DNA of 24,229 nt. Origin: Minisyncoccota bacterium. GTDB lineage: Bacteria; Patescibacteriota; Minisyncoccia; Minisyncoccales; JAZKSW01. Location of the stretch: positions 1 to 24,229 of the forward strand of contig JAZKSW010000005.1 of assembly GCA_036625875.1 (NCBI GenBank). The letters are read 5' to 3'. Both the position numbers and the translations under genes were made by a program. The notes beneath the pieces are model-generated. The model searched no databases. It saw only the letters and a program-made list of their open reading frames with translations, and was not told the DNA's origin. How positions within the stretch are numbered: position 1 is the stretch's first letter; the number at the start of each line of letters is the position of its first letter. Below, in pieces: positions 15,634 to 22,715 of the stretch.

Positions 15634-16052
15634 TACTCAATTGATTCTCTATATTTATCTTTAGATGCTTTATCTTGTTGATTGGTTTGTTCCGGCTCTT
15701 TTGCTCCTTGTGGTTTTTGAGTTGGTTTTATTTCCGTTCCGTACAAAGCTGATAAGGTATCTCGTATTGGCATGAGAATAAACCGGTTAATTTCACGATA
15801 GATACTTCTAACTTGCTTTGCACTGAGTTCCAAGTCTTCTTTCAAGGTTTGTTTAAATTCTTTAGGGGTAAGTAATCCCATCAACACCTGACCGGTATAT
15901 CTAGCTACCTCGGAGTTTTTATCTACTCCCGCTCTTTCACACGCCTGTTTAATACGTTCAGCGGTGTCAGGTGAAAAAATAGCCTCCTGAAGTTCTTCAG
16001 GTAGTTTTTCATATACATCCCATAATTCATCTTTGGAATATTTCTTAGCCAT
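15633..16052 (-). CDS. Hypothetical soluble protein, first gene of the T4SS-like operon
   Basis: 139 aa, hydrophilic, no TM (MAKKYSKDELWDVYEKLPEELQEAIFSPDTAERIKQACERAGVDK...). Its stop overlaps the prgI-like start (TAATG). I recognise no family. Confidence 0.45.
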   Translation of the reverse strand: MAKKYSKDELWDVYEKLPEELQEAIFSPDTAERIKQACERAGVDKNSEVARYTGQVLMGLLTPKEFKQTLKEDLELSAKQVRSIYREINRFILMPIRDTLSALYGTEIKPTQKPQGAKEPEQTNQQDKASKDKYRESIE

Positions 16053-16122
16053 GTTTAACTGCCTTTATTTTAACAAAAAACGTTGGGTTATAAAAGTGGA
16101 GAAGCAGGAGAAAAGGTTAAGG

Positions 16123-16151
16123 TTGACAAATTATGTATTAATTAATATAAT
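16123..16151 (+). promoter_or_regulatory. Consensus sigma70-type promoter (TTGACA-17 nt-TATAAT) driving the SPFH-domain gene
   Basis: TTGACA at 16123-16128, a 17-nt spacer, then TATAAT at 16146-16151. A second TTGACA at 16198-16203 is followed by the RBS AAGGAG at 16213-16218. Confidence 0.55.
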
Positions 16152-16226
16152 ATGGATAACAATAGAAAGTTATTCTCTATTGGATATATTCTTTGGTCTT
16201 TGACATTTATATAAGGAGTGATAAAA

Positions 16227-17801
16227 ATGTCTCCCTCTCAAGAAGAACAGTTTTTTACGTTTCTATTGGTGTTGAGTGTTATTGTTTTGTCAATTATGTG
16301 GTTATTCCAAGCACCGACTGCTTGGGAGTTACGATTTGGCTGGTGGTCAGTGCTGGCCTTGATAGTTGGAATTTCTAGTGTTTTGATACTAGCCATGAAT
16401 ACGGCTTGGAAACACCTTGCAATTGTTCTCGTAGCTGCCGGTGTATTTTTCGGGGTTTATCTTCTGCCCTTCTGGCTACAAATTTGCCTGATGATAGTAG
16501 GAGGTTCTGTAAGTTTATTCTTTTCCGTTTATTACGGATTAGCCGAAAACAACAGATGGTTTACCAAACTCGAAGAAGGACAAGCTAAATTCGTAATGAA
16601 AGCGGGTCGATACGTAAAGACTTTATTCCAATGGGAAGGACATACTTTAGATGACGAAGGAAACGTAGTGCCCCTAGGAAAATACACGAGAAACGGAAAA
16701 GTAATAGAAGAGTTCGAAGAGCTAGAAGATGATATGCCAATTGAGGCGAAATATCTTGCCGAAATGGATCGCTTTAGCTTTTCAAGGGCTAAAAAATTTA
16801 GGGAACGCATAGAAAATCAAGGTATAGACAACTTGGAAGATTTAAGGGAAGCAGCCAGTGAAGGAAGACTTGCCGAAGAAGTTAAAGGAATAGGAGAAGT
16901 AACGCAGGATGAAATTCATAGGATAATTGAGTCAAAGAGAGGTACTTATTATGAACCTTCCCTAAAGGCGGTTACTAAGCAAGGCAAAGAGGCAGATACT
17001 TCTTCTAAGGCGGACAAAGTAATTACTACCTATGACGAAGTAGCAAACCCTGCCGGTAGTGATGATATTTTCCGGCAAGACAATAGAGACTTTTATCGTG
17101 GAGGTGGACTTAGATTTTTCAGTCCCTATTACCCTCTGTATGAAGTGAATACTTACAAGTTTTCTTGGGCGGCTCTTAGTCAAGACGGAGAAGTGAAGAT
17201 ACACAAAAATGAAGAACTTGATTACATATTAGTACAACCTGATTTATATTATTTCCAAGTGACGGATGCAGAGGATGAAGATCTTTTACCTCTAGGTGCT
17301 GAAGTGACCGTGAGAATTAGAGTTGTCAATCCCAAAAAGGCAATGCTAGTTCCCGAAAATTGGCTTGAAATGGTGATTAATTTAATTCGTCCAGCAATAA
17401 GAAATTCTTTGAGCTCCGAGAAATACAAAAATCTTACTGGTCAATACGAAGATCTCAGTGAAGACATTTTCGCTACGATTGTCAGTAGTGGGTTAATAGA
17501 CCAGCTTGAGGAAGACTACGGCGTACAAGTAGAAAGACTGGACATAAAAAATCTTGATCCACCGGAAGATTTGAGAGAAGCTACTTTGAAGGAAGCTATA
17601 GCCGGCTATGAGGCAGATGCAGCAAAAACAAGAGCGAAAGGAGAGGCTGAAGCGAAGAAGATAAAGTACGAAGCGATTAAAGAATACGAGCCCATTTCAT
17701 TGACCGTAGAAGGAATAGAAGCAGCAAAAGAATCAAATCCATACGTTATCACTCAAGGTTTACCGGGACTTGTTGATGCTATGAAATCCCTTAAAAATTA
17801 A
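16227..17801 (+). CDS. Polytopic membrane protein with a C-terminal SPFH/band-7 (HflK/C/flotillin-like) domain and a helix-hairpin-helix-like motif
   Basis: I prefer the ATG at 16227 (8 nt after AAGGAG) over the track's GTG at 16218. About 4 N-terminal TM helices. The SPFH pattern GAEVTVRIRVVNPKKAML...MVINLIRPAIRNSL...DYGVQVERLDIKNLDPPEDLREATLKEAIAGYEADAAKTRAKGEAEAKKI resembles V.V..RV.DP.KA / G..V..V.I.DI.PP.E....M.....AER...A...AEGE. A possible HhH lies at IENQGIDNLEDLREAASEGRLAEEVKGIGEVTQDEIHRII. Confidence 0.68.
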   Translation: MSPSQEEQFFTFLLVLSVIVLSIMWLFQAPTAWELRFGWWSVLALIVGISSVLILAMNTAWKHLAIVLVAAGVFFGVYLLPFWLQICLMIVGGSVSLFFSVYYGLAENNRWFTKLEEGQAKFVMKAGRYVKTLFQWEGHTLDDEGNVVPLGKYTRNGKVIEEFEELEDDMPIEAKYLAEMDRFSFSRAKKFRERIENQGIDNLEDLREAASEGRLAEEVKGIGEVTQDEIHRIIESKRGTYYEPSLKAVTKQGKEADTSSKADKVITTYDEVANPAGSDDIFRQDNRDFYRGGGLRFFSPYYPLYEVNTYKFSWAALSQDGEVKIHKNEELDYILVQPDLYYFQVTDAEDEDLLPLGAEVTVRIRVVNPKKAMLVPENWLEMVINLIRPAIRNSLSSEKYKNLTGQYEDLSEDIFATIVSSGLIDQLEEDYGVQVERLDIKNLDPPEDLREATLKEAIAGYEADAAKTRAKGEAEAKKIKYEAIKEYEPISLTVEGIEAAKESNPYVITQGLPGLVDAMKSLKN

Positions 17802-17819
17802 AAAATTAGATAATCAGAT

Positions 17820-17853
17820 AGAGGGCGGAGTTCTAATCCGCCCTCTTTTTTAT
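17820..17853 (+). terminator. Rho-independent terminator for the SPFH gene
   Basis: AGAGGGCGGA-GTTCTAA-TCCGCCCTCT is a 10-bp GC-rich stem, followed by TTTTTTAT. Confidence 0.7.
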
Positions 17854-17882
17854 ATTTCTTAGCTTTTCTTGTTCTGGCTAAT

Positions 17883-20108
17883 TTAATTATTATCTGAATC
17901 ATCCTTCATTTTATTGAGGATATTTTCAATTTCAGAATTCTTTTCTTGTAAAATCTGCTTTTCTCTATCTCTTAATTTATTATTTTTCTTTAATTGTTTT
18001 GCTATGGTCTCTAATCTTTCTTGAGTAACTTCATTTTCTTGAGTGAACCTTTCAAATTCTTCGTCTGAAATATTTCGTTCCTTTGAGCTGAATTTAACGG
18101 TACCTTCTGTTGAAGAAGATACTTCTATTTTGCTTTCTTCTGTTTGCTCATCCTTTCCGGTTTGCTTTTCATAGGGAGACATATAACCCATGCCTTGAGC
18201 CGCATCATTGCTGAGGTAGTTGGCTGCACCTTTGTTGTTTTTCTCAAACCATTGTTTGTCTCTTCCTTTGCCTTTTGCTTGTTCATTATATTGTTCTACA
18301 AAGTCTCTGCCGTGTTCTTGGCCTGCTTTGCTTAACTCACGACCCGACCAATCCAAATGAACACCCTTCATAAAGTTTTCGTTTTTAAAGGCTTCTTCAT
18401 TTAAGTTTTCAATTTCATTGAGATCCAAGTCGGCAGCTACTTTAGCGGTCAATGATCCGTATTTGTCTTTTTCGGCCTGGGACATGGTCAAGCCTGTTTT
18501 TTCTTTTTGCTCGTCGGTTAATTCTTCAGCAACTTCGTCGGCAATCGTGGGGAATGAATTAACTATGTCCTCGGCTTTCTGGGGAGCAACTTTACTAGCT
18601 GTAATAGCAGCCTGTTTGATTTTGCTATTAGAAAGCCCCATTTTTTTCATAGTCTTAAGTTGTCCTTCTTCTATTCCCGCTAAGATTTGTGTCATCTCAT
18701 CCATCTTTCCTGTGGCACCGCTTTTAATTGTACTGACTTTTTCTCCGGGATCGGTTTCTTCAGCGTCATCCACTTTTCCTTCAACCCTTTCAGTAGTTGT
18801 ACTGCCCTGGCGTAAGGCCCACCTTCCTATAGTTCGTTTACTTCGAGCTAATGCACCGGAAGCTACTCTGGTAGCTGCACCGTAATCTTCATCGAATTCT
18901 TCTCCTTTTTCCTCTGCTTCCTCCTCTCGTTCAGCTATGGATCGAGAAGTCCTCATATCCTCCAAACGGTTTCTAACCCTGTCGGGTACACCGGTTGCTT
19001 CCGCTCCTTTCCAGGCTCCCTTACCGGCTGCTCCGGCTACCCATTTACCACTTGCTTTTGCCCCGTTTATAATTGCTTCACTTCCCATTGCGCTAACTTT
19101 CAAAGTAGCTAGATAACCTATAACCAAAAAGAGTAAAGGAAGGGTAAAAGTTATAATAAAAGTTATTAAACCTTCAGCTAAACTGTCTCCCATTCCCGCA
19201 TCGGTAGTCATTTCGTTGGCTTTCATCAAAACCTCTTTACCTAAAAGCAAAGTAATGGCGGCTGGGATTCCGATAATACACCAATTTACAAATTGTTCCC
19301 ACCAATCATCCCAGATTTTCTCTTTTGCTGCCGGGAAAATATAACTGAAGAAAGCAATAGGAGAAACAATAATTAGAAGCCATAATACTACGTAACGAGC
19401 CATAAACAAAAAGGCGAACATGAATAGAATTAAGGTAGCTCCCCAGCCGAACAACATCAAAAAGAATGCCTCTCCCAAAGCTCCCACCGTATCCGCATTA
19501 CTTAATTCGGACATATAAGAACCAACATATCCTTGAATGCTGTTTGCTTGGGCTCCTCCCGGTGTTTCCATTGTTTGTTCTATAGTAGTAAAACCTCCGG
19601 CTCCCGCTTCTGCTAAAAACGCTTCCGTTGCTGCGTCGGCAAAGTCAATAACTGCAGCTGCTAAAGCAGGGGTGAAGTTGATTAACAAGGCCACTATTAA
19701 TAACTTGGGTAAAGCTTTCTGCGCTTTATATTCTTCGTACTGAAGGGCGGTAGCTACTCCAATAATTATTAACCCCACGATAAAAAACATGTTAGCAAAA
19801 TTCCTGACCGGTTCCCATCCTGCTTTAATAATATCATTGTTATGAGGTTGATAGCCTATGTCTTGAGCTAAAAATCCTCCTTCCAGGACCCAATTTAACA
19901 TGGAGGTGGCAGCTTTTAACGGTAGGGTAGTCAAATGTTTCATTATCAACAAGATAAGATTTTGTCCCTTACAAACAAGATCAAAAGTACCACAGTTAGC
20001 AGCCTCGATCAGTTGGGGTAGAAAAATCAAAACTCCTCCTACTAATATTAAAATCAATAAGTGTTTTTTGGAAATGGAATTTTTAATTTTCTTCAGCACT
20101 TGAAACAT
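17883..20108 (-). CDS. VirB6/TrbL-like polytopic membrane protein with a long charged C-terminal extension (putative T4SS channel component)
   Basis: 741 aa. Signal peptide MFQVLKKIKNSISKKHLLILILVGGVLIFLPQLIEAANCG; its AANCG resembles the GANC of the 491-aa pilin-fusion protein. At least 6 TM helices with Trp-rich loops (IWDDWWEQFVNWCIIGIPAAITLLLG), then ~350 aa of E/K-rich low-complexity sequence. The architecture resembles Gram-positive VirB6-like proteins (PrgH/TcpH type). The call rests on topology, not on recognised motifs. Confidence 0.45.
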   Translation of the reverse strand: MFQVLKKIKNSISKKHLLILILVGGVLIFLPQLIEAANCGTFDLVCKGQNLILLIMKHLTTLPLKAATSMLNWVLEGGFLAQDIGYQPHNNDIIKAGWEPVRNFANMFFIVGLIIIGVATALQYEEYKAQKALPKLLIVALLINFTPALAAAVIDFADAATEAFLAEAGAGGFTTIEQTMETPGGAQANSIQGYVGSYMSELSNADTVGALGEAFFLMLFGWGATLILFMFAFLFMARYVVLWLLIIVSPIAFFSYIFPAAKEKIWDDWWEQFVNWCIIGIPAAITLLLGKEVLMKANEMTTDAGMGDSLAEGLITFIITFTLPLLFLVIGYLATLKVSAMGSEAIINGAKASGKWVAGAAGKGAWKGAEATGVPDRVRNRLEDMRTSRSIAEREEEAEEKGEEFDEDYGAATRVASGALARSKRTIGRWALRQGSTTTERVEGKVDDAEETDPGEKVSTIKSGATGKMDEMTQILAGIEEGQLKTMKKMGLSNSKIKQAAITASKVAPQKAEDIVNSFPTIADEVAEELTDEQKEKTGLTMSQAEKDKYGSLTAKVAADLDLNEIENLNEEAFKNENFMKGVHLDWSGRELSKAGQEHGRDFVEQYNEQAKGKGRDKQWFEKNNKGAANYLSNDAAQGMGYMSPYEKQTGKDEQTEESKIEVSSSTEGTVKFSSKERNISDEEFERFTQENEVTQERLETIAKQLKKNNKLRDREKQILQEKNSEIENILNKMKDDSDNN

Positions 20109-20213
20109 TGCCTGATTATAAGCAAAGCTTGAAATTACTCGCTCCCCTCAAAAGATTAAAATAAGTGAACCATTTTAATTTTCTTACTCACTCGTGATTA
20201 TAACAAAAAAATA

Positions 20214-21050
20214 TTAGGAGGACAATTTAATAAATTGCTTAGTTAGTTTTATCCATTCGTCATTGGTTAAAGTTTCTGCTCTTCTGCCCGGTTCAATGTT
20301 GCTTTTTTTAAGTATTTGCTTTAATCCATTTTTGTTAAAGCTTAATTCTAATTCTAAGCTGTTAATCAGTTTCTTACGGGAGTGAGCGAATCCTCCTTTC
20401 ATTACCTTGAAGAATGCTTGGTTGAAATTTTCTTTTCTGTATTTATGGTTTAAAGGTAAAATATCGGTGATTTTCAGAATAGAAGAATTAACTTTCGGTT
20501 CAGGAAAGAATTCCTGCTTGGAAATACTGCCTGCTATTTCAGGATTACTGTAAAATTGGATGGCAGAGGCTACTACGGTCATTTCCGGAGGATTGGTAGT
20601 TATTTTCTCCGCTACTTCCTCTTGGACGGTCACCGCCATTAAGTTAGGAGTTGATTCTTCCAGGATTTTTCTAATAATAGCAGTAGCGGCATTAAAGGGT
20701 AGGGAGCTTACTACCTTGTAATTTTTAAAGTGGGAAAGGTCTAACTCTAAAAAATCTTCATTAATCACCTCTACATTATTTAAATCACAAGTCTGGTTTA
20801 GAATTTTTACCAGGCGTGAGTCGCGCTCCACTGCTGTTACCTGTTTTACTTTTTCTGCTAATTCCTTGGTTATGGTTCCTAAACCGGGCCCTACTTCCAA
20901 TACGTGATCGTTCTTTCTCAAGTCAGCAGTACCCAAAAGTTTGTTTAGAGCTACTTTTGAGGTTAAAAAATTCTGTCCTTGGTTCTTGTCGGCTCTGATG
21001 TTGTGTTGGGCCAGTAGTTCTTTAATTTTTGCTTCTGAAAGTAAATTCAT
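20214..21050 (-). CDS. rsmA: 16S rRNA (adenine1518-N6/adenine1519-N6)-dimethyltransferase RsmA/KsgA
   Basis: 278 aa. GQNFLTSKVALNKLLGTADLRKNDHVLEVGPGLGTITKELAE is the KsgA signature (GQNFL...., SAM-binding LE.GPG.G.lT). Confidence 0.9.
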   Translation of the reverse strand: MNLLSEAKIKELLAQHNIRADKNQGQNFLTSKVALNKLLGTADLRKNDHVLEVGPGLGTITKELAEKVKQVTAVERDSRLVKILNQTCDLNNVEVINEDFLELDLSHFKNYKVVSSLPFNAATAIIRKILEESTPNLMAVTVQEEVAEKITTNPPEMTVVASAIQFYSNPEIAGSISKQEFFPEPKVNSSILKITDILPLNHKYRKENFNQAFFKVMKGGFAHSRKKLINSLELELSFNKNGLKQILKKSNIEPGRRAETLTNDEWIKLTKQFIKLSS

Positions 21051-21184
21051 TACATTAGTGGATTATTTGTGGAAAAGTAATTTGACTTTGAAGTGGATAT
21101 AACTACAATTAGATAAAGTAGAGAATTGATATTATTTCTATTCTACCGAAACAATTAAAGAAAGCATGGAGAAGCAGCTTTGAT

Positions 21185-22198
21185 TTGAAGCGCTTGCAAA
21201 GCTTTTCTTTAATAATAAGGCCCTTGTTGGTCATAGGGGTTTTTGTTTTTGCTTTAATATTAGCCTCTTATCCTTCTCCGAAAAAGCTGCAAGCGGATAC
21301 CAGTGTTTCCAATCAAAGCTTATTTCTCAAATCTAAACGTACTAATACAGTCTCAGCTCCACTAAGAATAGTGGAGAGTTCTATTTTACAGAGTAACCGA
21401 ACTCCCGGTTTGGTGCAACCTCAAACTTTAGGATCTGTGAGTTCTAATGAGGAACGAAGTGAAATAACCAAATATACGGTGGAAAAAGGAGATACTGTTT
21501 CTTCAATAGCGGATAATTTTGATTTGAAAACTGATACTATATTATGGGCTAATGATTTAACCGTAAATAGTACTTTGCAACCCGGAGATGAATTAATAAT
21601 TTTGCCCTTAGACGGTGTTCTTTATTCCGTCCGGTCGGGTGATACGATTAGCGGTATAGCTCAGGCTTATGATACTAAGGCAAGCAAGATCGTTGATTAC
21701 AATAACCTTGAAAGCGGTGCTGACATTTATGCTGGAGACACTTTAATTCTACCAAATGCAGAAAAACCGGAAACAGTGGCTGCAGCTGAGAAAATACCTC
21801 TGGGAGATACTTCCTTCAGTTATCCTGCTCAAGGAGTAATTACTCAAACTACGAGTGGAGTGACGCATAAACCCTCCATGCATGCAGTTGATATTGCTAA
21901 TAACTGTGGGAGCCGAATAGTGGCAGTAGCGGGAGGAACAGTTAAAAGAGCGGGTTATGCGGGTATGTTAGGCAATAGAGTAACTATTAAGCATCCTAAC
22001 GGAGTGGTTACGCTTTATGCGCATCTTTCCCAGATAAATGTAGTCCCCGGTCAAGAAGTACACCGAGCTCAAATCATAGGCAGAATGGGAAGTACCGGCT
22101 TTACAATAGGAGGTCCCGGATGTCATCTTCATTATGCTACTCCTAGAGCAAGAAATCCTCTATCTAGTTATCCGTTGAAAAGTACAATTAGCTGGTAA
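21185..22198 (+). CDS. Cell-wall hydrolase: signal/anchor, two LysM domains and a C-terminal M23 (LytM) metallopeptidase
   Basis: 337 aa. LysM 1 YTVEKGDTVSSIADNFDLKTDTILWANDL. LysM 2 YSVRSGDTISGIAQAYDTKASKIVDYNNL. M23 HAVDIA...GNRVTIKHPNGVVTLYAHLSQINVVPGQEVHRAQIIGRMGSTGFTIGGPGCHLHYA (H.xD and HLH motifs). The start is a TTG and uncertain. Confidence 0.85.
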   Translation: MKRLQSFSLIIRPLLVIGVFVFALILASYPSPKKLQADTSVSNQSLFLKSKRTNTVSAPLRIVESSILQSNRTPGLVQPQTLGSVSSNEERSEITKYTVEKGDTVSSIADNFDLKTDTILWANDLTVNSTLQPGDELIILPLDGVLYSVRSGDTISGIAQAYDTKASKIVDYNNLESGADIYAGDTLILPNAEKPETVAAAEKIPLGDTSFSYPAQGVITQTTSGVTHKPSMHAVDIANNCGSRIVAVAGGTVKRAGYAGMLGNRVTIKHPNGVVTLYAHLSQINVVPGQEVHRAQIIGRMGSTGFTIGGPGCHLHYATPRARNPLSSYPLKSTISW

Positions 22199-22221
22199 AT
22201 TTAATTAATTTGAATACAAAA

Positions 22222-22245
22222 GAGCACCACTTTCAAATGGTGCTC
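22222..22245 (+). terminator. Hairpin downstream of the M23 peptidase gene (GAGCACCA-CTTTCAAA-TGGTGCTC); probable terminator together with the adjacent palindrome
   Basis: 8-bp perfect stem, 8-nt loop, located 24 nt after the stop codon. Followed by CTC and the AT-palindrome at 22249-22274. Confidence 0.4.
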
Positions 22246-22248
22246 CTC

Positions 22249-22274
22249 TGAAACTTTTTGGACAAAAAGTTTCA
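22249..22274. repeat. AT-rich palindrome TGAAACTTTTTG-GA-CAAAAAGTTTCA, copy 2 of the element at 6873-6900
   Basis: 12-bp arms. It has the same 5' context (CTCC/TCT before TGAAAC) and 3' context (CACAAAAA) as copy 1. Lies between the convergent peptidase and dksA-like genes. Confidence 0.5.
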
Positions 22275-22328
22275 CAAAAACTTAATATAGACAACAAACC
22301 TATACCATGAACTTAATTCATGGCTTTT

Positions 22329-22715
22329 TTATTTACTACAATCTACACAAGTCCTAGCTGCAGGATAAGCCTTTAATCGGTCTACGTTGATAGGGTCATT
22401 ACAATTCTCACAAATTCCGTAATTACCTTCTTCCATTTTCTTTAAAGCCAAGTTGATGGCTTTTACTTTTAATTCCAGGCTATGCTCTACGGGTAACCGG
22501 GAAGTGTACTCTTCAACCTCCATCGCTTCATTTTCTTTTTTCTCTCCTCCTGCGTCCCCTTGGTTGTAATCCGGATACAAAGAATCCCAGTTACCTTCTA
22601 TATCGGCATCCTCCTTAGCGAAAGTTTTTAATTCTTCAATAATTTCTTCTTTTTCCTCTTTAAGTTGTTTTTCGAGTTGTTGAAGTAACTCATCATCAAG
22701 ATTAGCGTTGTTCAT
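22329..22715 (-). CDS. DksA/TraR-family C4-type zinc-finger protein
   Basis: 128 aa. Acidic coiled-coil N-terminus. C-terminus CENCNDPINVDRLKAYPAARTCVDCSK matches C.xC...I...RL.A.P.A..C..C. The start overlaps the upstream ORF's stop (ATGA). Confidence 0.75.
   Translation of the reverse strand: MNNANLDDELLQQLEKQLKEEKEEIIEELKTFAKEDADIEGNWDSLYPDYNQGDAGGEKKENEAMEVEEYTSRLPVEHSLELKVKAINLALKKMEEGNYGICENCNDPINVDRLKAYPAARTCVDCSK

Noticed and set aside
16152-16178. Single DnaA-box-like ATGGATAAC and GATAAC-N8-GTTAT near-palindrome in the SPFH leader as a defined operator
   Set aside because: It is a single occurrence, imperfect, and in an AT-rich context. Noted within the SPFH finding but not called as a feature.
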